64,000 bases of DNA from the human T2T-CHM13v2.0 reference genome, Homo sapiens: NCBI RefSeq assembly GCF_009914755.1, contig NC_060939.1, one strand, 5' to 3'. Positions 45,447 through 62,111 of the stretch are shown here, in pieces; position 1 is the stretch's first letter, and every line of letters begins with the position of its first letter. Position numbers and translations under genes: made by a program. Below the pieces are notes generated by a model. That model had not been told where the DNA came from. It saw only the letters and a program-made list of their open reading frames with translations, and did not search any database.

Positions 45447-45826
45447 CTGAAAGGCACAAGACACCCTTCAGGTTCACACTTCCTGAAAGCTAGCAGAGTA
45501 GAAGATACTCAAAATGCCCACAAGACTCCCCAGATATCAGAAAACCTGCCCATAGCCCTTTGGTGTCAGGGACTATCTTCAAAAAACTTGATCATAATTT
45601 CCCAGAAGTTATCACATCTGTTTTATCTGAGTATCATAATGCCAGTGAGATAATCATGGTAGGTATTAATACTATGTCCATTTAACAGAATATAAATACA
45701 TAAAAAGGGAATAAGGCCAGAAGAGATTCTCTCCTGAAGGTCACAAGGCAAATTATCGGCAAAGTTTTGGACTTGAACTCAAGTCTCCTGACTCCAAATC
45801 CAGTGTCCTTCCCCTATATTGGTCTA

Positions 45827-46060
<234 letters not shown>

Positions 46061-46336
46061 TCACAGTCTCTCCGGTTTCAGCCTCAAACTTGCGATGTTG
46101 GGCGAGCTCTCAGGCCGCTCCACACACCCCTACAGGCTTGACCTGCCTCAGCTCTCAATTAAGTATTTATGGGGTCTATCAAACCTTCCCATCAGGGAGG
46201 GATGGCATGGAGGGAAGGCCCAGCACACTTCTACTTTTCCCAGAACACATCCAAAGATGGATGATAGAAGTGGTCTTTCCTCTTCTTGAAATAAATTCTG
46301 GCCACATTAAGAGGAGGGCTGCAGCTACTGTGGTAG

Positions 46337-46771
<435 letters not shown>

Positions 46772-47381
46772 TGAGACAGGGTCTCTGTTGTCCAGGCTGG
46801 AGTGCAGTGGTGCAATCACAGTTCATGCATCCTTGATCTCCCCAGGCTCAGGTGATTCTCCCATCACAGACTCCTGAGTAGCTGGGACTACAGGTTTGCG
46901 CCATCGCGCCTGGCTAATTTTTTGTATTTTCAGTAGAGATGGGGTTTCACCGTCTTGGCCAGGTTAGTCTCAAACTCCTGAGCTCGGGCAATCCACCCGC
47001 CTTGGCCTCCCAGAGTGCTAGGATTACAGGTGTGAGCCACTGCACCTGGCCCCAAGTTAAGGCTTTGAACGTCTCTCTCCTATGACCTTGTTCTAACTAA
47101 AGTTAGCTCTGCCAGCCAGGTGTAGTGACTCATGCCTGTAATTCTACCACTCTGGCAGGCCAAGGTGGGCAGATTGCTTGAGCCCAGGAGTTCAAGACCA
47201 GCCTGGGTAACATGACGAAACCCCAGCTCTACAAAAAATACAAAAAAAAAAAAAAAAAATTGAGACGCTGTCTCAAAAACAAATATAGTTAGCTCTGCCA
47301 ATGAAGCCAATTCCCCTAAACATTTGTATCCCTGGAAACAGCCTGAACATTGATCTACAGTAGCCTGTAAGGTAGATTTAA

Positions 47382-48015
<634 letters not shown>

Positions 48016-48485
48016 TTACTATGGGGGCACAGGGAGATGAAGACAACTCTCCCAGGATTCTTAAAAAGCCAATCTGTGACTGTTCTCAGGGTCGCTCTCT
48101 CCCTAAATGCTCCCCACCTCTATAAATGACCATAAGCAGCCACCTTCCCAGAGAGCAATTGTCCAACGCCAGCCTAATACAACTGTCCCAAACACCACTC
48201 AGCCTACAAATTCTGGATTTTCCTGTTAACATAGTTTATTTTCTTCAAAGCAGTGTGGCCTCAAGGTCATTACTAAATGATGACTCAGGGGGACCAAATT
48301 ACAGTGATTCCAAACAGACCAAATCTACCAAACCAGTTTTCCACTCACATCTCCTCTTCCATTTCTACTGGGGCTATCTCAAGCCACCAGGATCCTAAGG
48401 CAAAACAAGATTTTTCTAGGATTCTCAATATTGGGATCCAACCCCAGAGATGAAAAAGGAGCCCTTTTTGAGGGTCCACACTTAC

Positions 48486-48532
48486 TGTGCCCTCAGCAGA
48501 TTTCCAAACAAGCTGGCTAAAAGTCTCCAGAC
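48486..48532 (-). CDS. HEXA: HEXA exon 4
   Basis: 47 bp, (G)LETFSQLVWKSAEGT; AG/GTAAG boundaries. Confidence 0.97.
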
Positions 48533-50353
48533 CTAGGAAGATGTAGAGAGGCAGAGTAAAGACTCAGGGAGTGGAAAAAGAGATGTCTCTATTTGGAAGG
48601 TTCTCAATGTAGCAGAGCATAACATTTGGGTACACAGGGAAAATGGATGTAGTGTAGGCTTGACGATTTTTAACACTGATGAAAAGGGGATATTAGGAAG
48701 CCACTATCCATCTTTACTTCTGTATTTCATTTTGGGAGATGTCAGAGTAAGGGTTTTAGTGCCCTTCCTTACAACATACTAACCTTCAAAACCCACATAC
48801 CTCTTATCTATATTTCCTGTGCCTTCACAAGAATATTGAGAAGAGAGGCCAAGACATATACTCATGAGGACAGACACAGAGACAACTCAGCCTGCAAGAG
48901 TTGGACTTTTCATGGATAACCCCTATCAGGAGCTAAGAGAGCTGAGAAAAGGGGTCCCAGAATAAATTGTGAGAAAGTGATCATAAGCTTGGGTTTCCAA
49001 GGAGCCTGGGTTCATGGCTGGACCTAGAAGATAAAAAAAATCATCCACTCTTCCTCTTCAGAGTCTGAGAAGAGACCCAGCTATAGGGAGCTGAGGTGTG
49101 GTGGACAGCAACTGCCCCAGAAGGACTCCCCTAGTCCACTGACACTGTCTCCTAGAGTCTAGCAAGGCCCACACACAGGTATGTTGAACCCAGAGTATTG
49201 TATGTTCTCAACAGCTGGGGCCCCTCTTCTGGAAACCCTGCAGAAGCCCCATGAAAATTATCAGAGTCCCCAGTTTCAAAGTGAAAGAATCCATGAGACC
49301 TCAGCAGTCACTCAGCACCTGATTTGAGCAGACTGCTAGTGTACTGTTTTGGCTTCTCCCCACTCTGACTCTGACACCCAGCATTCTGGAGTTCCAGGTC
49401 CTCCCTTACCTCTAGCCTGACTCACCATCAGCACCTGCATGAAAGGTACAAGAGGGCAGGAAGGGGAGGCAGCATGCTGTTGCTCCAAGCATAGAAGTGG
49501 AGCAAGGGAATGAAGACAAACTAAAGCAAGGTGTGGAATTCCGAGAGAGTTTCCCACATCATTCACCAGCAGAGGGTTTACCAAAAGTGGGAGAGATATT
49601 TGGCTAAGTCTGTATCTAGGCACCAAATGCCTTCTCAGTAAACCCAGAAGAAGGGCAAGGGCCAATAGTTTAGCCAGTAAACTCATTTTCTCCAGAAATA
49701 ATGTAGTTCTAAATATTTCACTACTATTTATCTTTTTTTTTGCATGTATCTATTTCTTTTGTTATAGTTTTCCTTTTAAAAAAACCTTTCCAATTACATG
49801 TCTTTAGCAAGAGCTGGACAGACAGTGTCTGTGGTAGCATCATTCCCCCTGCCCCCAGCTACCTGTCCCCTGCTGGCACCTAGAACATCAGCCCACAGAC
49901 TCTCCTACTGCTTCCCAGAGCCCCTGACTAGGGCAGCAGCAGTTGCTGATGCTGCACAGGGTAAAACCTGTCAACTTCCAGGGACAATTCCACAGAGACG
50001 GGAAAACACGCCAATTGTTCCCATAAAAAAAGCTTCCTGGCTGGGCGCGGTGGCACACACCTGTAATCCCAGAACTTTGGGAGGCCGAGATGGGTGGATC
50101 ACTTGAACTCAGGAGTTCAAGACTGGCCTGGGCAATATGGTGAAATCCCATCTCTACTAAAAATACAAGAATTAGCTGGGCATGGTGGCAGGCACCTGTA
50201 ATCCCAGCTACTTGGGAGGCTAAAGAGGGAAGATTGCTTGAGCCTAGGAGGCAGAGGTTGCAGTGAGCAGGGACTGGGCCACTGCACTCCACCAACACCA
50301 ACCTTCCCACATCATCCTTTCTCTCTCTCTTTTAATCAGCCCCAATTTGTTAC

Positions 50354-50419
50354 CTCGGAGAGCTCCCCAGACAGTCTCAGAGAGGAGTAAACACTGGTCA
50401 TCATTTATGGTCAGGGTAT
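50354..50419 (-). CDS. HEXA: HEXA exon 3
   Basis: 66 bp, (Y)[21 protein letters not shown]; AG/GT boundaries. Confidence 0.98.
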
Positions 50420-51319
50420 CTGAAATGACAGAAATGAACTCATTTAGTTGGTTAAGGTTTTCTATTCTCAGATTATAGACCAGATATTCTATATAAATCA
50501 CTGGACTAAAAAAAAAAAACAGTAAGACCATATATTTTAAAAAATCTTTCAATGAGGAGATGTCCCCAGAGCAAGACAGCTGTAGGATGGCCTGGTCTGG
50601 GGCCAGAGTGGGAGGGTGGTCACCACAGTGACTCTGTAGACCCTGGATGATGATGTACAGCAAGAGTCAGGCTGGAGTGGAGGTCTGTACAAAGCACCAC
50701 CTACCTCATGGGTCAGTTTCCACAGCAGAAAGATGAAAGAAGTCTTCTCCTGGCAAAGGGAACAGGGATGCCTGCAGGGGTGAGTGCAGCACGCGATGCT
50801 CCCAATGCCTTTGTAATCACCCTCCTTTCCCCTTCCTCTATGCTTCAGCTACTTCCTCCAAGAATGTGAGGAAGGAGCCAAACTCAACTGTTCACTTTGG
50901 AGACTGAGAAGTCCCCAAATGCTGCTCAGGGAAGACAGGAGGCAGTCACTGGACTAATGACTTAACTTCATCTCAGTATAAGTGACCAGAACCCCTGCTT
51001 TCCCCAGTGTAGGGTCTATTAGAGAAAAGTAGCAAAGTATACACTTTCCTAAAATAGAAATGTATTCAGTACACCAGGTAGAAGTCCTGTGGGACTCAGT
51101 GAAGAGCCAGTGTGATGTTCCACAGCCAACCTTTAGCACTGGTTAAGTTTCTGCATAGGAAAAACTCATCTTCCATGGCTCTCAGCACTTGGTGACCCTC
51201 GGTCCCCAGGGTCAAGGGGGACTCCAGGCCGAGCATCAGCAGTTTAGGCCAGGCCATCCAGAGTTACAGCTTCAGACAAGTGTTTGCTCTTCTAAGACAG
51301 GGAACAGGATGGTACTTAC

Positions 51320-51412
51320 AATTCTCCACTGACTCCAAAGTAGGAAGCTGGTTACATCCAGGTGTGACTACAGAGACAACCAACACATTCTTCTCCAGTG
51401 TATGCCGTTTCC
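51320..51412 (-). CDS. HEXA: HEXA exon 2
   Basis: 93 bp, [31 protein letters not shown]; TAG acceptor, GTAAGT donor. Confidence 0.98.
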
Positions 51413-51445
51413 CTAGGAAGACAGGGTAAGCTTGGTGCGGCCAAC
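51413..51445 (-). CDS. HEXA: Alternative upstream 3' splice site extending HEXA exon 2 by 33 nt (11 aa)
   Basis: TTCTAATGGCAG|GTTGG acceptor exactly 33 nt upstream of the main one; open in frame ([11 protein letters not shown]). Confidence 0.65.
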   Translation of the reverse strand, partial: VGRTKLTLSS

Positions 51446-54384
51446 CTGCCATTAGAAGCAACAGGCAAAACCAAGACCCTAGCTCTAGTCCCTCAGCTCA
51501 CACGCCTGTGGTAAAGGAAAGGGAGGACATGGCATTTACCCTTGGCATAGGCAGTGCCTGATCATCTGTTCAGCTGTCTCACTCTCGTTGTGCCCCTCTT
51601 CTCCTCAGTAGCTGCCCTGACCCATGTCTGAATGCTCTGGGTGACAGCTCTTCTTAACCAGGGCTCTATATTTCTGACTGCCCTTGGCCTGTACCAAACA
51701 AACAACTCCATGACCTCAACAACTGCTTCTGAATGAAAGGCAGCTCTAGAGCACTGCTACTCCAAGTATGGTCTGCAGATTAGCTGCCAATTTGCAAACT
51801 GTGTTACTGGCTGGTCACTATATAGAAAACTTATATGAAGCCTGAATGTAAATCAATTATGTCAGAGTAAACACACTGTCTAGTTCTAACATTTTTTCAT
51901 ACAAGATTTTCTTGATGAAGAGATCAGTCTTACATTCTGGTACATATGCTTCTTATCTCATTGAAGATTGGCATATTAAGTAGTACTGCTCTTGAGGGCT
52001 CCAGATGAAGGGTTTCCAGTTTTGCAAAAGCCTAGGAGCTAATGGAGCAGATGACAGAAGGATCAGGCAGAGGAGGCCTGAGATGATGCAACTGATACCT
52101 CAGAGAAGATCAGGGTCACCCACCCATCTTGCTTCCTTCCTTCCTCTTCCCAAACAGGTTCTCTATCCAAGGTAGATTTTACCCTAATAGTGGAGGGTTG
52201 AACCAACATAGTATCTAATATAGCTTTACAGACCCTTGTCTATGCAGAAAAAATGCCAAAGCCAAAATATGAATACACTGTCTCTTCTCACCCTCCTGCT
52301 GGTTCTTCCCTGTGATTTTCAGGGTGGCTCTGGTGTTATAGCCCCAAGCCTTAACTTAATGAACCCCTCTCTATTCTATTCTTTCCTGGAGCCATATTCA
52401 TCCCACTGGCATCACAACATCCATGACTTCTTATGGCACTACAATGTCAGGGATAGGATGGCCTGGCAGAAGGCAATGAGAGAATTCAGAACCAAACTGG
52501 AATCTCAAATGTTACCCATCTCCAGGCAGAAGGAATCCAAGCGCTCAGATCATCTCACGGAAGCCTGCTCAGACCTCTTGAGCACTACCACATGGCTGTA
52601 TCTCAGCTCTTTGGTCTGCCAAGAAGCAAGCCAATAAGGGGGCCTTTCCTACCATCATGAACAACACATTCTTTCCCTTACCAGTAAATACCCTGGATCC
52701 CCACACCAATACCTGCCTACATTCTGCAAAGAGGAGGGAATCTGAGGCAACTCTGGGCCAGGTCAATTCACAGCTCCATACTTGAACCCTAAAACTACAT
52801 TGTTACAACACAAAAGGACAAGCAGACCTTCAAGGCAAAGACCACACTCAAGGCAGAATCTGCAGGGCCATCCAAGCAGACAGGCTACAAACCCATCTCC
52901 ACAGGAGACTCTACAGGGAGACCAATGAGGACTTAACCTAGGAGCAAGGGTGAGGAAAAACTATACCCCATCCTCTGACTTCTTGCCCCCACTCCCAACC
53001 CCACACATCATGGAGCCCCAATATCATTGTGTGGAGAATTCATCTGCATATCTACCCAGGCAGCCATCCAAAAGACAGCCGAAGTCCTGAGCTTTAGTTC
53101 TAATCCTCTGGGGCTCAGCCTGCCACATAAGGAGAAATCACAACTAATCCATATGCAACTACCATGGCTCGCTGCCCTCATGACAAAATAAGAGAGGCCA
53201 CACAAACACCAGGTTTATCTGAACTATTACTTGGAAGACAGAAAAATACCTAATCTTTCGATTTTTAAAAAATTTATTTTTCTAAAAGACACCTGCACTG
53301 TACTCCCTAAATCTGTAGTCTTTCGGAGAGTCACAGACTCCTTTGCAGATCTGCTGAATAGGAAAACACTTTTTTTCCCAGAACAATGCCCCTAATTTAA
53401 GGGCTGTTTCTCCAGAATTACAATTCTTCCACTCCCTGCCATCAATCTCATGGTGAAGAATCCCTGTCCGAAGTTCTCTCAGTGACTCATCTGGGTTTGG
53501 GCTGAAAGAAGTAGATACGGGGGCATGGCTGCTGTTTAAACAAATTATGAGAGGGATGTTTGGGGGAGGCAGCAACATGAGAGCTGGCAAAACAGGAGGG
53601 ACACTAGGTCATTGTAAAGGATGTAAATAGGGTATCACCACTGTGGTTTTCCGCCTCCAAGTTGCTACTTTGCCTGGCTATGAAGAGGGCAGGAAATAGG
53701 CAGGGGACAGTAGTACAGCCGCCTCTACACACACCCGCCCACACCCTGAACACTGAGAAGCACCAACGTGTGGGAAGCACAGTATGGCAAACAGCCCGGT
53801 CAGCCAGCAATGTCATGAGCACATGTGCCATGAGTCTGGCTGGAACAGCAGGAAATTGAGAAGCCTCCAGGGCTTAGGAGGTAGCATGAAAAACAGACCA
53901 GAGGGCTGGGAAATCAGGACAGGTTGCTTCTGGTTCTGGTTTTGCTGCTGCCAAGCTGAGCAAGTCTCAGGGCTCCCATTTCCTTCCCTGTAAACAATGG
54001 CAGGGTGGGACCAGATTCCAGCTACTCCTCTTCAGATCTAAGACCTTGTGATTCCATAGACAGATAATACACTCCAGGGTCCCATTCCAGGACCACAGCC
54101 TGCTACCTCTGCAGCTCACTCATCTCCCTGCTTTCATGTAAACCTACTCTTCTCTTTGGGTTCACTGAAAACTTTGTATCTTTTTTTAAAATCAAAACAG
54201 TTGTATAGGCCTGGTGCGGTGGCTCAGGTCCATGATCTCAGCACTTTGGGAGGCTGAGGCAGGCGGATCACTTAAGGTCGGGAGTTAGTGACCAGCCTGG
54301 CCAACACGGTGAGACCCTGTCTCTACTAAAAATACAAACAAATTAGCTGGTCATGGTGGTGGGCCCTGTAATCCCAGCTACTCA

Positions 54385-54486
<102 letters not shown>

Positions 54487-57400
54487 TCAAAAAAAAAAAA
54501 AAAAAAAAAAAAAAAGAGTAGTACATACTGGTTAAAAAAAAAATCAAACAGTACTACCAAACAGTAGAAAATATTTACGATTAAAAAAAAAAAGTATCTT
54601 TGGTACCCTTCCTTAGTCCCCTCAGTAAAGAGACAAACATCACTGGTAGTTTTCTACCCCTGTAGTACCTTATAGAGTAATTTTGCCTTATTCATCACAG
54701 ACAGGTCACCTCTGGACATGGAATTCTAATAACAAGGACGCTCTATCACCAAAGTCCTACTGTTGAACCTTCTCCAGACTCCAGTACTATGACCCCTCCA
54801 TTTCCCTTCTGTTCTCAGTCTTCTCTCATTCTTGCTTCCTTCCCTGCTGGCCTACATGTAGTGATTCATCACCTCAAACGCAATCTAGCCAATACTCCCA
54901 ACGATCTGTCTCTTTTCTTCTGTCACAACCAATGGGCAAAACTTTCAACCCTGGATCAATCTAACATCTGCCTGCTGTGCCCCTGACCCCGGCTACTGTA
55001 CCCTACTGGAGGGAAGGGAGAAAAATCACAAAACAGCAGGACTGGACCACTGCAAAATAATGGTCTCCATCTTGGCTGGGCCCTTGATGCTACCCTGAAA
55101 ATCTTCTATCTCCATCATTGCTTCATTCTATTCTCTACACCTTCCTCAAGTCTACTTGATCACCACCTCCCTTATGCTCAGCAGACAATCAGAAGAGAAC
55201 TTTCAACTATCCCTACCCTCTTCCCCTCTCCTCACTGACAAAAATATCTGCAACACACACCTGCCTGTACCCTCTCCTGGACCTCCACCTTGATGGAAGG
55301 GGCTTCCTTTTACCTGTGCTCTGGAGCTCTTCTCAGTCTCCTCTTGTATAAATTATTTCCCCTTTTCCCAAAGCCTTCAAATTATTTCTTTCAACTCTCA
55401 TCAGCATTAAAATGTTTGCAATCTTCCTGGCCTCACTTACTCTTTCTTTTGCCTTCCTGCCACAAAGACTCCCTAGAGGAAATGTAGCCTGGGCAGCTAA
55501 GGACCTGAACTCCAAAGGAAGACAGATCTGGATTCAAATCTTGGTTCTAACACTTTCTAGCTGCAGGCCTTCTCTAGGCAAGTTATTTACCCTCTCTAAG
55601 CTGCAGTTTCCTCAACTGTAAAATAGGGATCATAATACCTATATAATTGGGCTGCTGGGAAGGTTAAATGAGTTAATACATGTAAAGTGCTTAGCTCAGT
55701 GCCTGGTACCTCCTATGTGCTCATGATGTTGGTCATACTTAGTATTTTGTAGCTGCTTCCTTACAACCTATCTATTCCTCAATCCACTATAATCTGGCTT
55801 CCTTCACCACCACTTCTCTCAAAATGGCTTCACCAAAGTCCTGTGGTTCTGTAACCAAATTCAAGGGACTCTTTTCAATTCATTCATTCATTCAACAGTA
55901 ATTTACTGAATGCTTACTATGTGCCAGGGTGTTGTAAGTGCTGGGGATACAGCAGTGGTCAAAACAGACAAAAATCCCAGCTGTCAGAGAGCTAATAGAA
56001 ACCACTCACTCCTTCTGGGACCTCTTGACAGCATCAGACATCTCTGACCTTCTTGAAACTAAACTCCCTTAGCTTAGGGGACATTGCTCTCTTGGTTTTC
56101 CTTCTAACTCCTTGAATATGCTTCTTCATTCAACTTCTCCTTTACCAATCCCAATGTACTAATGTTACCCAGGGTATCCAAGGTTCCAAACTTCTCTTTT
56201 TCCCTTCGCTTACACTCTCCCTAGACAATGTCATCCACTCCCACAGCAGGCCAATGACTCCCAAATCTATCTTTCCAAGCCAACTCTTCTTCTGGAGCTC
56301 TAGACTTGTACACCTCCACTCAAATGTCTCAAAAGCCACTTGAATCTTAAACATAAAACTAATCTAACTCTTCATTCCTCCTCCTGGCTGATCCTCTCTC
56401 TCACTTTGATAACAGCCCCATCTATTCACCTATACCAGAAATCTCCTTCTTCTACACCTTCCATCTAACTGAGTAGATCACAAGTTCATCAACTCAAAAT
56501 AACATTTACAGACTGTCTGATATCTCAAACATTGTGTTAAGCACTGAGATTACAACAGTAAAAATACTTTTTAAAAGTCTTACAATTACACAATCCTTAT
56601 AATCTCTTAACACATCGCCATTTTCCCAGCCCCACTGGGCCAAAGCCTTAATTCAGCCTCTTGTAATTTCTCACCTGGATGACTATAAAAAATCTCCCAG
56701 GCAGTCTTCCCCTGCCTCCAGGAATACCCATGTCAATCTACTATCCTCAGAGATATTAGAATATGAAGATAAGAGCATGACAGTCTCCGCTTAAAATCTT
56801 CCAATGGCTCCCATAGCTTTCAGAATACAGTCCAGAATTCACTGGGTAATCATAAGAAAATGCCTTGTCTTTTTCTGCTCCTGTGCAGGAACTCTCACAA
56901 TGAACAATGAACTCTTAACAGAACCCTGAAAATGCCATATTTTCTCCATATTTTTCTTTGCACATATTGCTTCCTCCAATTGAAACAAACTTTGCCTTCC
57001 CGCCACATCTCCCCTAATTAAGAAACAGCTCTATTTTCCTTTTAGGAAACTTTTCTGTTATTCCCCCCCTCTTTCCTAAGAAACCCTCCTATGTGATCAT
57101 GCAGCAATGTATACATACATTTTTCAAAACACTTTTCTTAAGATATGCTGTTTATTTGTCTATCTCCTCACCTAGGTTGTGAGTTCCTCAACAGGAGGGA
57201 CCAATCTCAGTGTCTTTGTATTCCCAGTGCCTGACACACAGCAGTCATTCAGTACATGTTTGCTGAAAAAATGAATGATGTTGGAATTCAAAAAATGCAT
57301 ATTTTATGATTGTGCTATGTGATAATCAGGCATAAATAGCAAGTAGTTAATGTAGAGATTACTTTTATATCCCCAAACCTAGTATTTCTGAAATCCTGAG

Positions 57401-59614
57401 ACTGGGGTGGGCGATGCTAAGAAGACGCCCAGACTTACACAAAGTGCCTTTTCAGACACTGCTCTGAAGACCTCTGGATCCATAAATTCTAAGATTTAGG
57501 TCTTTCCACTTCTCTGAGAGGAAGAACTCGTTGCTGTATTAGGGTCACTAATAACTATTAGGGTAACCTGGAAACTATCAATCTTTACCTCAGTGCACAA
57601 TAGCCTTTCCCTCTACCACCCGTTCCCTCCTGAATCAAAACACTTCCATCGTATCAATGTGTTTGATTCACAGAATCCCAGCACTATGGAAAAAAAACAC
57701 ATTGGTTTCGGTTATAAAGTGGTAGCTGATTTTGCTTCTGGATTGAAAACTAAGAAAGGCAACCCAGACTTTGCCACCTTCCCACTCTTTAATGTCTACT
57801 CTGCTCCCATATCCCCTGGTACCCTCCTAGGCTGGTGCCAAAGTTTGTTCCCATGCCCACTTTCTTCTCTTCCCCCTCCCACCTTTATACACATCATATC
57901 CAGGTTTCATCTCCCCCATATTCTGCCTAATAAAAGCCCATTATATCATTCATTTCCCACTCATTTCTTCATTCCAACCAAGATATATTGTGCATTTAAT
58001 GTGCATCAGGAACTGTGCTAGGTGCTGGGGCAGTTAAAAAGAAAAACAAACCCTGGTCCCTGCCCTTGAGGAGATCACAGTCTAGCAGGAGAGATGAACA
58101 CAAACAATAATTACAAACATTGTGATAAGGGCTATGGTAGATTTAATAGCCACGTCCAGGAAAGGTGGAAGGCTTGACGTTGAAGGGGACCTCTGAGTGG
58201 GATCTTGAACCCTGAATTGGTGTTCACCAAGCTACCAAGAGGAGAAAAGGTATTCCAAGCCTGGGAAGTGAATTGGTGTAGCTAGGAGAGAAGTCAAGGC
58301 CAACCTTGTCAAACTTCTTATCCCAGTAAAGTGGGAGTCTGTGAAGCCAACTGCCCTGAGCTGGGGCCTTCTCCTTAGTGCTGCTGAATTTAGTCTAGAT
58401 CATGGTACCTCCTCCTGTAAGTTCCAAGATTCTTCACCCTCCACAGACTATTAATACCTACTTGGAAGTATCACTCTCTCCAGCCCACAGATGAATCCTG
58501 AATGTTCTTCCTTCCTCTCATTCCCATCCCATATTTTTTGGGTAAAAGTTGTACCCATCTTTTTTTGGGAAAAGCTGTAGTTAAAAATTTTCTATTTTCC
58601 CCTACTTTTAAAACTGATCTGTCCCTCCCAACCCTATCCCCACTGGAAAGAGAACATCTCCCTAAAATTCTAGATCTCAAGGGATAACTTTAGTTGTAAC
58701 ATTTTGCACAATTTTCCAATTTTTTTGTAAATACATAAATTTATTAATTTTTAAAATAAAAATGGGCCCAGGCTAGGTGGCTCATACCTGCAACCCCAGC
58801 ACTTTGGGAGGCTGAGGCAGGTGGATCACTTGAGTTCAAGAGTTCGAGCCCAGCGAACGAGTTCAAGGTTCGCCAGTCAACATGGCGAAACCTTGTCTCT
58901 ACTAAAAATACAAAAATTAGCTGGGCGTGGTAGCAGGCGCCTGTAAACCCAGCTACTTGGGAGGCTGCGGCAGGAGAATCACTTGAACCTGGGAGGTGGC
59001 AGCTGCAGTGAGCCAAGCGACCACGCCACTGCACTCTAGCCTTGGTGACAGAGCGAGACTGTCTCAAAAAAACCCCAAAACAAAAAACAAAAACAGAAAA
59101 AAAAAATGGGATCCTAATACTATTAGTTTGTAACATTTTTCCCCTTACCAAAATGAGCTGTAGATCTGTTAATGTCAATATATATAGATTTACATCCTTC
59201 TTGTAAATGTTGAATATAATTCCAATGATGAGATATACATTAACTTACCTAACTTCTCTTCTGTTTGTAGACATTCGGTAATGTTTCTAAGTTTTTAGTA
59301 TTATAAACAACACTCTAGTAAACAAATATTCATATATATGTATATAAGCAATTGTGAAAGATATCTGTAGGATAAATTCTTGGAGGTGGAAATGCTAGGC
59401 CACAGGTAAGAAAAGTTTTGGTTTTGATACTGCCAAATTCCTCTTCCAAGTTACTGTACTGACTTACACCCAAATCCACATATATGGGCCCATCTCTCCA
59501 CATCTTTCCAACACTAGAACATCTCAATTCTTTTTCACCATTGCCAGCTGGATTTAAAAAAACACATACATTGTTTCAATTTCAATTTGTATTTCTTTTT
59601 AAGTTTTAATTTAA

Positions 59615-59840
<226 letters not shown>

Positions 59841-59843
59841 TGA

Positions 59844-60131
<288 letters not shown>

Positions 60132-61087
60132 TGATCCACCCGCCTTGGCCTCCCAAAGTGCTGGGACTACAGGCGTGAGCCACGGCACCCAGCCATTCTT
60201 TTTACTTTTTAAAGTTACTTTTCTTTTATTGACTTGTTGCAAATATCTGCCTCATTTTATCCCTTATTTTTTAACCTTATGCTTTCTTTTGCTTTAATTT
60301 TTATGTAGTCAAAGCTATGACTCTTTTCCTTTACGGTCTCTTTATTTGCTTACTTAGAAAGGCCTCCTCTACCCCTAAAATTATAATAATAGTTTCCTTC
60401 ATTTCTGTCTAACACTTCAATGGTCTTTTATCTTCAGATCTTTAATCTCCCTGGAATTTACTTTTGAGTTTGATATGAGGTAAGGATTTATTTTTTTCCC
60501 AATTGGATAACCAGTCATCCTTAGGTATTTATTGACTAATACATCTTTTCACATTTGATCAGAAATACTTCTTTGATCATATATTAAATTCCCACATATA
60601 TACACATGCTTGCTTGTCTCTGGAATCTATTTTCTTGGTAATCTTATTGTCAGGGAAATCCGCCATGTCATATCTCTACCATATTTTGTCACTTTGCCCA
60701 ATATATAACCCCCTTTGCTCACTTCTGGTCCTGCACTTCTATTTTTATACATGTTGCTTCCTCTTCTCCACCAGACCACCTGTGTACTACATATCATTCA
60801 CCTTGTAAACCCTCTGAGATCTTGTTGTGTAGTTACTTAATTACTCAGCCTCTTCTACTTCCTCCCTAACTGAAGCCTGGCTCTCCCCAGGAATACCACA
60901 CACCACTTCCCCTACAACATGCTCTGAGAGGCAGCCACTTCCCACATCATAGGGTTGAGATATGGGGCTGCTTCTGGGTCATCCATTCCACCACCACCAA
61001 GTAATAAAACACCTTTCTTCTGTGGTTCATGTCATCCAGCTGTTAAATCTTCAGCTCTCCTTGTTACAACACTCTGTAGCTTCCTGA

Positions 61088-61228
<141 letters not shown>

Positions 61229-61293
61229 TAAGTAGCTGGGATTACAGGTGTGCACCACCACACCTGGCTAATTTTTCTATTTTTACAAATTAG

Positions 61294-61473
<180 letters not shown>

Positions 61474-61655
61474 TAGATGATTTTCACACCCAAGAGGAAG
61501 AACTAACCCATGTTCTGGCTTAGCAGTCATCCAACAACATCCTCCTCCTCCTCCTCAACCACCCTCCTGTGGTTGCCTTTTGGACCTTCTTCTCCTCGGA
61601 AGTGTTCAAACTCATTCTCCCAAGCTCTAGTACTACATAGCTAACTGTTTGCTAG

Positions 61656-62111
<456 letters not shown>

